From: Aulosira sp. ZfuVER01
GTDB lineage: Bacteria; Cyanobacteriota; Cyanobacteriia; Cyanobacteriales; Nostocaceae
Reading direction: 5' to 3'
Assembly (NCBI GenBank): GCA_034530615.2
Contig: JAVRCV020000032.1
Span: 1 to 64,000, forward strand
DNA: 64,000 nt
The translations under genes were made by a program, and so were the position numbers. This document shows positions 31,594 to 39,660 of the stretch, piece after piece; the first letter of the stretch is position 1; each line of letters begins with the position of its first letter. The notes under the pieces were generated by a model, which did not search any database, was not told where the DNA came from, and saw only the letters and a program-made list of their open reading frames with translations.

Positions 31594-32949
31594 TTACCGC
31601 TTAATACCCTTAAATCTTTCTTGCGCTGCTTTGAAAGCTTCTTGCATTACAGATTGAATCTTTTTCGGATCGGGTTTTTTGCCACCCATCAAGTCACCAA
31701 AGTAGACACAGGCTGTTTCACCGAGTGACCAAGTGTAAGCAGCTGCCCAAGATGCAGCAATTACACTACCGAAACCAGGGACGAATTTTATCAACTCCCG
31801 TGCGATCGCCTGAGCCAAAAAACCCCCAGCGATCGCACTGACAACTCCACCTGCTTGAGATGGTGTCAATGTCTGTCCGTATAAGTTTCCCAGCGCCGTT
31901 ACCATAGATACTTGCAAAGCCGTTAGCACTGGCATTGTCGCAAAAGGCAATGGTACAGCTGCAACTGTCGCTGCCATGATGGAAAAGGGCAAAATGTAAC
32001 GCCGTCCCGTATCTCTGTAGAGGTTGCCAAGTTGCTTGCCAGTTTCTTCCCGATCCAATAACTGATAAATTGCTTGAGCTTCGGCTTCGGGAAGCAGTTC
32101 GGCTAAGTTATCTCGCAATGCTTCTAAGCCGTAAAATACTGGGTTGTAGCCGTCCTCTTCTAAAGTGAAGTCGATGAGAACAGAGCGATCGCATATTTTG
32201 ACAAAATCGTCCTGAATTGCCTCAAAAGCTCGATTAACTTCTTCGTAATCTGGCGGGTAAGTTGGGTGATCGGCTGTACTTGAAGGATAAACCTCATGCA
32301 AACAAGTAACAGCTAGTAAGCAGGGAATATCTGGATACTGCTGACGCAAATTCTGTGCAATTTGACGTAATGTGTCAGTAGCAAAATCGTTAATTTTCAC
32401 AGTTAAAATCAACACTCTGGCGCTGCGAGTTGATTGTTCTAAATCTCCAACTAACTCTTTAATAATTGCCTGAGTATCCTGCTTGACATCTCCCAACCCT
32501 ACAGTATCTGTAAAAATCAGCAAAGGTAGGTCAGCAGAAGGATAGGCGTAGCGCTGAGTATGTTGCGTGTGCGGGCGAAATCCTTGACCAACAATTTCCG
32601 CCGAAACTCCTGTTAATCCCCGCACAATCGAACTTTTACCTGCTTGGGGTTTGCCAATTAACAGAGCTTCAGTTGTTGGCAATTCTGCTCGAACTGTCTC
32701 TAAAATCTCCGCAATCTGAGTTTCGCTGACGCTAAACCATTTAACAACAGTTTGTGCTACTTGGTCTACAGGTAATAATTGCACTAGGCGAGGTGTTGCC
32801 TTTTGCCAAACATCAGCAATCCGATTTTTCCAAGAATCATCAGCAGGTGGCGCAGTCGGCAAATTTTCCGACTCCAGGCGATCGCCTTGAGATTCATTTA
32901 ACTGCTGAGAATTCGCTGACAATGAATCAGCATCACGTTGCTCAGTCAT
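31594..32949 (-). CDS. YcjF/DUF697-type GTPase
   Basis: G1 GKPQAGKSS, G3 DTVG, C-terminal AVPLP...KFVPGFG; start MTEQR. Confidence 0.85.
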   Translation of the reverse strand: MTEQRDADSLSANSQQLNESQGDRLESENLPTAPPADDSWKNRIADVWQKATPRLVQLLPVDQVAQTVVKWFSVSETQIAEILETVRAELPTTEALLIGKPQAGKSSIVRGLTGVSAEIVGQGFRPHTQHTQRYAYPSADLPLLIFTDTVGLGDVKQDTQAIIKELVGDLEQSTRSARVLILTVKINDFATDTLRQIAQNLRQQYPDIPCLLAVTCLHEVYPSSTADHPTYPPDYEEVNRAFEAIQDDFVKICDRSVLIDFTLEEDGYNPVFYGLEALRDNLAELLPEAEAQAIYQLLDREETGKQLGNLYRDTGRRYILPFSIMAATVAAVPLPFATMPVLTALQVSMVTALGNLYGQTLTPSQAGGVVSAIAGGFLAQAIARELIKFVPGFGSVIAASWAAAYTWSLGETACVYFGDLMGGKKPDPKKIQSVMQEAFKAAQERFKGIKR

Positions 32950-32979
32950 TGGTATAAAAACGGCAGATGGATGCCACAG

Positions 32980-33080
32980 AAACATACTCCCACGCTGATG
33001 CTAGCATACAGCGTGGGCTTCTCAACCAATCAGTCTAATGCTTAGGAAGCGTTGAGCTTTGTATGACTTAGGCATTCACA
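32980..33080 (-). mobile_element. Possible IS200/IS605 right-end remnant
   Basis: Minus strand reads GAAGCCCACGCTG-tatgctagcat-CAGCGTGGGAGTATGT, a subterminal hairpin; no transposase nearby. Confidence 0.45.
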
Positions 33081-33121
33081 GAAAATACCAAATATAAATT
33101 ACTGAGAAAACTACATCTGTC

Positions 33122-33150
33122 GTAAGAGTTTAGCATTGCTAAACTCTTAC
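33122..33150. repeat. REP-like perfect palindrome (copy 2)
   Basis: GTAAGAGTTTAGCA-T-TGCTAAACTCTTAC. Confidence 0.8.
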
Positions 33151-33244
33151 AGCGCGGCTGTTTGAAATTGGGCTAATTTTTGCAACTTATGCCAAACTTC
33201 TGTAGTGCATAAACTTATGAGTCTTGATAGGCTACAACATTTAT

Positions 33245-34474
33245 ATGAAACAGATTCAATGGCTGGTGGTTTGGAGCCTTAGTCTTTGGACATTATCATC
33301 AACTAAGTTACAAGCTGCTCAAGTATATGAAAGCGGCAAATTGTTTACAGAATTAACAACACCAGTGATTTCTAGAGACAATTTAGAAAACTTCAACCTT
33401 GAAACTATAAAAATCAATAACAATAACTCAAAAGTCCTACCCTCTCGATTCGAGCAAAGTCCTTTTTTAATTGCTGCACCTGAAAATTTTAATCCTGGTC
33501 TGCAAGTACCGCCACCATTACCAAAACTGCCGCCAAATCCTAGCCCACCATCAACTTCTGCTGAAACAATTGAGCCATTCGCAGTTTTAGACAGCATCCA
33601 AACTGACTTTCGTAATGATACAGATAACTTCGGTCAACATAATTTGTTCATCGAACCAACATTTCAGTTTCGGTTGCCTAATGGCAATAAACTACTTTTC
33701 ACAACAGGCTTTGACTTTTTTAAGCAACGGGGTGTGGAATCAATTACTAATATTCCTTTTCAAATTGGTTGGCAAGGAAAACTTGGAGAAGTAACTCTGC
33801 AAACAGCCGCAGGAGTTGATATGTTCAACCGTTTACCTATAGCGATAAATTTCAATGCTAAAGTTGAAGTCCCTATTGTAGCGCCGAGAGTTTCTGATTC
33901 GGGAAAATTACTTTCGGCTGTAATCATATCAGCAAACTTAGACCACAGTCCTTATAAATTTAATGCCCGAACTTTAGATAATCAAATTACGGCTTGGCGC
34001 TTTGGGCCTGATTTATATTGGCAGATTGATCGAAATACTAGCTTGTTTTCTTCATTGCGCTTGGGTAACTACAACGACGGTAATTCAGAAATTCAATCTT
34101 TTAGCAGACTAGAACGCAAGTTTGGACAATTTTCTGTGGCGGCTAACTTGTTCACCTGGAGTTACGATCGCAATGTAGAACGCACCAGTGGCTATTTTTC
34201 TCCACCAGATTTTTTAGTATACAACGCTGAGGTGGCTTGGGAGGGAGATATTGCCAATTTCTTGCGCTGTCGATTAGCTGCAAATTTAGGACAGCAGCGA
34301 CTTAACGGTGAATTTGATAATGCTAATGCTTATCAAACTCGCTGTACAGCCAAGCTTTCACCGGAAATAGAGGCAGATTTAGGCTATAGCTTTAGTAATG
34401 TGCGGAATCAAGACACGGGGGGGAGTGCTTACGGTGGTAACTCTTTAACAGGACAATTGCGGGTCAAATTTTAA
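33245..34474 (+). CDS. Outer-membrane beta-barrel, putative polysaccharide export pore
   Basis: Signal peptide, Pro-rich linker, amphipathic beta-strands, GYFSP motif, C-terminal Phe (GQLRVKF). Confidence 0.72.
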   Translation: MKQIQWLVVWSLSLWTLSSTKLQAAQVYESGKLFTELTTPVISRDNLENFNLETIKINNNNSKVLPSRFEQSPFLIAAPENFNPGLQVPPPLPKLPPNPSPPSTSAETIEPFAVLDSIQTDFRNDTDNFGQHNLFIEPTFQFRLPNGNKLLFTTGFDFFKQRGVESITNIPFQIGWQGKLGEVTLQTAAGVDMFNRLPIAINFNAKVEVPIVAPRVSDSGKLLSAVIISANLDHSPYKFNARTLDNQITAWRFGPDLYWQIDRNTSLFSSLRLGNYNDGNSEIQSFSRLERKFGQFSVAANLFTWSYDRNVERTSGYFSPPDFLVYNAEVAWEGDIANFLRCRLAANLGQQRLNGEFDNANAYQTRCTAKLSPEIEADLGYSFSNVRNQDTGGSAYGGNSLTGQLRVKF

Positions 34475-34513
34475 GCAGTAGGGCGACGCAGATAAAGCTA
34501 ACTGGCGGGGATC

Positions 34514-34590
34514 GTCATTTGTCATTTGTCCTTTGTCATTTGTCATTTGTCCTTTGTCATTTGTCATTTGTCCTTTGTCATTTGTCATTT
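34514..34590. repeat. STRR: 11 x 7 bp with 21-bp higher-order period
   Basis: (GTCATTT GTCATTT GTCCTTT)x3 + GTCATTT x2. Confidence 0.95.
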
Positions 34591-34768
34591 GTAATTAAAA
34601 ATCTAGCCGATCTGAGAGTAAGCGAATGCATTTATAAAATAAATCTAAAATTTAAAATCCAAAAGCCGAAATTGACTCACTGTGTGTTATTTGCATTTGC
34701 AAGCTGGGAAAAATGAGATGTTAAGGCTTCCAAAGTAACAGTGACTTCAAAAAAAGGCTTTTTACAAC

Positions 34769-36226
34769 ATGAGTTCTGATTTTCAACCGCCACCAAAAGG
34801 CTTATCCATACTTGCTTCTGTAGGAGGGGTAGTTACTGCAATAATTGCGATCGCTCTTTTAAATTTTTGGTCTGGTCGTCTTTCGCAAAATACACAAACA
34901 TCTGCAATATCAACATCTCAAACTGTTACTCCTACTCCTACTCCTACGGCAAACTTGGAACAACAAGCGCAAAAGGTGGCAAAACTTGATGCTGACTCTA
35001 TAGTTTTACAAGGAACAGTCATTACTCCTAGCGAACTAATCGACAAAACGCCATTTATTACGGCTGGAGACCAAAAACTGGATGCAGTTGACATGGCTGC
35101 TGCGCGTCTAGCTTGGTCATATTTTCAACGCAACTGGAACGATCAAACAGGCTTAGTTAACTCTGCTGATGGCTTTGCGGCTGTGACTATGTGGGATCAA
35201 GCAGCTGCGATCGCCGCTTTAGTTAGTGCGAGAGAACTCGATATCATCCCCGCCGCAGAATTTGAGGCGAAGATGACTAAGATGTTGCAGACTCTAGCAT
35301 CACTGCCTTTATATAAAGGTGAATTGCCTAACAAAGTCTACAATGCCAAAACTCTTATACCTGTTAATTACGGACAATTAGAGAAAAAGGAAGAAGTTGG
35401 TTGGTCAGCCATTGATTTGGGACGGATGGCAATATGGCTGAAGATTGTCGAAGCCAAGTATCCCAAAATGCGATCGCCTGTACAAGCTGTGTGGAAGCAT
35501 TGGCAAGTCAAGCGCCTCACCAAAAACGGGCAAATGTACGGTACTGCCGTTGTTAAAGATAAAGAACAGTATAACCAAGAAGGTCGCTTGGGCTACGAGA
35601 ATTATGCTGCCTACGGTTTGAAACTGTGGGGTTTAGATGTCAAGCAAGCCTTAGATCATAAATCTAATACCGCCTTTGTTAATCTTTACGGACAGGGAGT
35701 TCCCTACGATCGCCGCGACGCTAAAAACTCAGGTGCAAATAACTACGTTCTCAGCGAACCTTATATACTCGATGGCATAGAAACAGGATTTAAAGCCTTG
35801 CCTAAAGCTTATGCTGACAGAATTTTAGCTGCTCAAGAAGCGCGTTATCAAGCAACAAACGAATTAACTGCCCTCACAGAAGATAACTTAGATCGTCCGC
35901 CGTATTTTGTGTACAACAGCTTGTTTGTTAACGGCAAACCTTGGGCAACAATTACCGATACCCAAGAACAGCATAACAATTTACGATTCCTCAGTGCTAA
36001 AGCTGCGATCGGCTGGAATGTACTTTACAACACTGCTTACACCCATTCCCTAGCTGATACAGTCTTCAACAAACTGAAATCTGATAAAGGTTGGTACAAC
36101 GGATTGTACGAATCTCTGCGTCAGCCAAATAAATCTCTCACCGCTAACAATAATGGTGTAATTCTGGAAAGCTTTCTTTATAAACAAGTTGGTAAACCTC
36201 TTACCGTCTGGGCGGGAGTAAATTGA
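34769..36226 (+). CDS. DUF3131-like protein (putative glycoside hydrolase), N-terminal membrane anchor
   Basis: AWSYF..N...TGLV, TMWD, ELPNKVYN, WSAIDLGR, QEGRLGYENY, TEDNLD, TANNNGVILE. Confidence 0.82.
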   Translation: MSSDFQPPPKGLSILASVGGVVTAIIAIALLNFWSGRLSQNTQTSAISTSQTVTPTPTPTANLEQQAQKVAKLDADSIVLQGTVITPSELIDKTPFITAGDQKLDAVDMAAARLAWSYFQRNWNDQTGLVNSADGFAAVTMWDQAAAIAALVSARELDIIPAAEFEAKMTKMLQTLASLPLYKGELPNKVYNAKTLIPVNYGQLEKKEEVGWSAIDLGRMAIWLKIVEAKYPKMRSPVQAVWKHWQVKRLTKNGQMYGTAVVKDKEQYNQEGRLGYENYAAYGLKLWGLDVKQALDHKSNTAFVNLYGQGVPYDRRDAKNSGANNYVLSEPYILDGIETGFKALPKAYADRILAAQEARYQATNELTALTEDNLDRPPYFVYNSLFVNGKPWATITDTQEQHNNLRFLSAKAAIGWNVLYNTAYTHSLADTVFNKLKSDKGWYNGLYESLRQPNKSLTANNNGVILESFLYKQVGKPLTVWAGVN

Positions 36227-36247
36227 GGCGGCTGTTGCATTTTTTGC

Positions 36248-36300
36248 GATATTGAACCACAGATAAACACCGATATTTATCTGTGTTCATCTGTGGTTTT
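36248..36300. repeat. Palindromic dispersed repeat; inverted copy at 42602-42657
   Basis: GATATTGAACCACAGATAAACACCGAT (36248-36274) is the reverse complement of 42631-42657. Confidence 0.85.
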
Positions 36301-36319
36301 TTATTCTTGATCCCAACAA

Positions 36320-36688
36320 TCACTCAGTAGGTATTACTGTTTGCTTGACTGCTGGGCGTGCTTTCTTGCGATTTGACTTGCGCGTTCCCCCAGCCATCCC
36401 ATACTCATCACTATTTTTGCCATACTGAGATGCAACATTCAGCAGCATCTGTTCGGAATAACTATTTAACTCACGTTCGGCTTCTAGTAATGCATTCTGT
36501 GTTTTATCCACTATCGTTCGTGCTTGATTGTAAGTCGCTAGCTTCTCTCGGATATCCAGAATTTTGCTATTGTAACCAGCGATTGAGTATCCATTGCCAA
36601 AGTCTAACTGAGAATTAATCATCTGCATTCCTTCAATCCGTCGTTCAGCTTTGGTGAGTGCGGGGGAGTTGCGTTTGCGTTGCGCCAT
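36320..36688 (-). CDS. Small basic coiled-coil hypothetical protein
   Basis: 122 aa; basic ends (MAQRKR; RKSNRKKAR), LDFGNG, heptad helix, YGKNSDEYGMAGG. Confidence 0.85.
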   Translation of the reverse strand: MAQRKRNSPALTKAERRIEGMQMINSQLDFGNGYSIAGYNSKILDIREKLATYNQARTIVDKTQNALLEAERELNSYSEQMLLNVASQYGKNSDEYGMAGGTRKSNRKKARPAVKQTVIPTE

Positions 36689-36900
36689 AAAGTTTTCCTT
36701 TTGGGATTTGAAGATAAAGAACCTAAAAAACCATACTTAGTTCTTTGTATACAACTACAATACGCACTAAGCAGATGCAGTAGCCTGAGTGAAGCTACAG
36801 AATCTTTGAAAGCATAAAGAATAGCAAATTGGATAAATGCGGGTATTTTTGCGGAAATAAGTCTACAAAAACAGGTTTATGAGTTGTGAAGCTAAAATAC

Positions 36901-37041
36901 GAATCAAAAACTTAATTTGCGAATCAGAAACTTAATTTGCGAATCAAAAACTTAATTTGCGAATCAAAAACTTAATTTGCGAATCGCAAAACTTGATTTG
37001 CGAATCAGAAACTTAATTTGCGAATCAGAAACTTGATTTGC
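36901..37041. repeat. Tandem array of 7 units, 20 bp (one unit 21 bp)
   Basis: GAATCA(A/G)AAACTT(A/G)ATTTGC at 36901, 36921, 36941, 36961, 36981 (21 bp), 37002 and 37022. Confidence 0.95.
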
Positions 37042-37096
37042 GAAGCGATCGCTATCATTGTTGTTATTCCACAGCAAATATCTTAAGCTTTGGCTC

Positions 37097-37447
37097 TCAC
37101 AAAGGTAAATACAACACAACTCCATTCCATTCTGCTTGTTCACTAAAATCGATCAGTAGTAACAACTCGTCAATTGCCTGTCGAATTGGCATCCGATCGT
37201 TGACCACAAACATCCCTGCCATCGCTTCTCCTCCAACCAAACGCTCATAAGCAAAATCTGGCATCATTGCACGATCGTGAGTCAGAAGGATACGCTGATT
37301 AATTGCTGCCCAAGCTAAAATTGCTGGATCGTCTACTTCTCGCAAACCAACATCTTGAACTCGAAGTAGATCGAGATTAGGTTGACGCAAAAACAGTCCT
37401 CGAACAATGTCACCGTTGAAGTTCTCATCGCTTAACAAACTCAGCAT
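37097..37447 (-). CDS. DUF5615 PIN-like toxin
   Basis: LLSDEN, DDPAILAWA, ILLTHD. Confidence 0.85.
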   Translation of the reverse strand: MLSLLSDENFNGDIVRGLFLRQPNLDLLRVQDVGLREVDDPAILAWAAINQRILLTHDRAMMPDFAYERLVGGEAMAGMFVVNDRMPIRQAIDELLLLIDFSEQAEWNGVVLYLPL

Positions 37448-37455
37448 AATCGGTG

Positions 37456-37785
37456 CTACTGATTCTGCTGAGATAGTAAACGAGTACGAATTAGGCTGAG
37501 ATCGGGTTGAATACTAGACAAACGTTGCTGCACTGATTCAGCTAACTGCTCTCTCTGATTTAAGTATGCTTGTACAGCATCTTGGTGTCGAAGATAGTAA
37601 CCAATTGTGTTGTAGACATCAGACAAAGATAGAGTTGAGTATCGATGAACAATAGACTCAGGGGATGCACCATCATGAAACGCTCGGATCACAGTCTCCA
37701 GCAAAACCCTTGAATTCCCAACTCGAATTGCTCCGGTTTCATCTTCCCATAGAGGCGGTGTCTCACGTTCCAAAACAAGGCTCAT
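37456..37785 (-). CDS. DUF433 antitoxin
   Basis: IRVGNSRVLLETVI, GASPESI...Y.TLSLSDVY..IGYY; directly upstream of the DUF5615 gene. Confidence 0.85.
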   Translation of the reverse strand: MSLVLERETPPLWEDETGAIRVGNSRVLLETVIRAFHDGASPESIVHRYSTLSLSDVYNTIGYYLRHQDAVQAYLNQREQLAESVQQRLSSIQPDLSLIRTRLLSQQNQ

Positions 37786-37917
37786 GAATTAACTTTCCTA
37801 GATCCAGTACAAAACGATCGTAACTTAATGCAGAGCGCAATTGCTTTGTTGAGTGGCTGAAAGAGCCTTGCATAATAAAGTATGAATTGAGCGATCGCGC
37901 ATTCCTGCATTACAATT

Positions 37918-38124
37918 TTACTCCCCACGTCCTGGTTTGCAATCTGCAAAACCTAATGCCTCAGTATCAAGAAAACTGGCGATCGCCATCTCAATTACTG
38001 CTTCGATGGGATATTCAATTTCAGTAGCACGAGCAACCAAAGCTTCTCGAATTCTTTCAGGCAAACGTTCCAAGATAACTTCGGCATCAGAGGGAGAAAG
38101 TTGCTCTTGAAATTTAGCTTGCAT
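37918..38124 (-). CDS. Small hypothetical protein (possibly ribbon-helix-helix-like)
   Basis: 68 aa with purine-rich RBS; LPERIREAL...YPIEAVIEMAIASFL. Confidence 0.7.
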   Translation of the reverse strand: MQAKFQEQLSPSDAEVILERLPERIREALVARATEIEYPIEAVIEMAIASFLDTEALGFADCKPGRGE

Positions 38125-38262
38125 AACTTTACCTTCCCCTAAATTTTCTCACAGCCTAACATCATGGCTTGTTGTCAGTTGTTTTAATAACCTTTTTAGC
38201 CTATGCCTAAGCGATCGCCCATGACTGCTATCGCTAGCTGTATCCTAATTTCGCTAAACTTT

Positions 38263-38349
38263 TGGTAACGTTCCCCATCAGCGGCGACAGAATATAACTG
38301 AAACGAAGTGAGAATACTCTGTAAGTCCACTGCATTAGGGTTGTTATGC
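38263..38349 (-). mobile_element. attC-like recombination site
   Basis: Minus strand GCATAAC-AACCCTA-ATGCAGTGGAC...GTCGCCGCTGAT-GGGGAAC-GTTACCA; 87 bp, starts 32 bp after the vapC stop. Confidence 0.6.
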
Positions 38350-38381
38350 CGCAATTAACACGACTTATTTCTATTGACGCT

Positions 38382-38810
38382 TCAAACCGTCCAATCTTCA
38401 GTCACTAACCCCTCCACTTTACTAAAATCTCGAAGATTACGGGTTAACAAAATCAATCCACGGGATAGCGTAATGGCTGCGATCCTAGCATCCATCTTTG
38501 CAAGTTGAATCCGTTGCGACTGTAATTGACTCAATGCCGTAGCTGCACCTGCATCAAACGAAACGAGGGGTAACACCTTGAAGTCGCGGACGAGTCGCGT
38601 CATCATTTCATACCCCTTCACGATGTCATTTAAGTAACGAGCGCGATTGATATAAGTGTGGCTGCCAAGCATCTGCTCGTGAAATGTTACTGTCGATACA
38701 GCAAAATCTGATAGTGGATAGTGAGCCATGCGTGTTGAAAGGTTAGTGTAATCCTGTCCTGCTTGTCGCTGAAGAATGCTCAGATGATCCGTATCTAATA
38801 AATACTTCAT
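38382..38810 (-). CDS. vapC: VapC-family PIN toxin
   Basis: YLLDTD, TFHEQ, MDARIAA, LLTRNLRDF. Confidence 0.9.
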   Translation of the reverse strand: MKYLLDTDHLSILQRQAGQDYTNLSTRMAHYPLSDFAVSTVTFHEQMLGSHTYINRARYLNDIVKGYEMMTRLVRDFKVLPLVSFDAGAATALSQLQSQRIQLAKMDARIAAITLSRGLILLTRNLRDFSKVEGLVTEDWTV

Positions 38811-39022
38811 GGCTCGTCTTGCGCTTCGAGAATAGATTCATCGCCTTGACGAATCGCTCGACCATAAGCAAGTACCTCTTCAAAAGCAGGTTCATCCTTA
38901 AAAGACCCTGTAATTTGTTGCAGCCAATTGGTTGCTTGAGGAGTCGCAACTTGCTTCTGCAATTCAGCAATCGCTGCTTCGACTGCTGCTAGCCGTTCCT
39001 CTAAAGAAGTGTTAGTTGCCAT
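38807..39022 (-). CDS. Cognate antitoxin
   Basis: 71 aa, acidic; ATGA overlap with vapC; WLQQITGSFKDEPAFEEV. Confidence 0.82.
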   Translation of the reverse strand: MATNTSLEERLAAVEAAIAELQKQVATPQATNWLQQITGSFKDEPAFEEVLAYGRAIRQGDESILEAQDEP

Positions 39023-39211
39023 TTGATTTTCCTCATCATCACTTAATTAGTTGTTTTTGTCTGAAGAATAGCGCGTCTGGTTTTGTAATTTCTGCAACGT
39101 CATCGGCCTTTCTCCAAAGCTCTCTAGGCTCATTGTAAATTGCTGCTGAGGCTTTATCCTCTAGATTTTCTGCTAGCCTGTTGGTGCTATAACGCTCACC
39201 TATTATCACCT

Positions 39212-39580
39212 TCAAAGCGTTGCCTTATCATCGAAAGACAAAATGATCTGTCCGTCTTGCAGTGAAGCTCGAATCGTAATCTGTTCGTCATCACGTATCT
39301 CTATGTGGAGCGTATTCGACTCCATCCGGTCTGGCTTACTTACATTATGCTCTCGCAAGACTACGCTGTAATTTCCTGCTTTGAGACGGGTGTAAACGCT
39401 ATTCGGTGGTGCTAAATGGGCAAATCTTGCTCCTGTTCCATAAACATTGCGATTGATGTAAAGCTTGTAAGCACATATACCACCGACCAAAGAAGTATCG
39501 CCCTGCACAATCAATGTGGAGCGGTTTGCTGCGTCCCACTCTTTGTTAAATTTCTCCCAGAAACCGAAAATGGATCTCAT
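39212..39580 (-). CDS. Hypothetical beta-rich protein
   Basis: 122-aa ORF with ATG start; no recognised family. Confidence 0.6.
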   Translation of the reverse strand: MRSIFGFWEKFNKEWDAANRSTLIVQGDTSLVGGICAYKLYINRNVYGTGARFAHLAPPNSVYTRLKAGNYSVVLREHNVSKPDRMESNTLHIEIRDDEQITIRASLQDGQIILSFDDKATL

Positions 39581-39660
39581 GCGTGCAATGTCATCAAAGC
39601 TCGATTTACGGATATAACTGTACAGACGGGCTACGACCCTCCTAACTCCTTCTGTGCATT

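Noticed and set aside
34519..34716. 65-aa ORF with (SFVLCHL)n
   Set aside because: Translation of the 7-bp STRR
36901..37041. CRISPR array or coding repeat
   Set aside because: Units are directly adjacent with no spacers; the 20-bp period shifts frame and introduces stops
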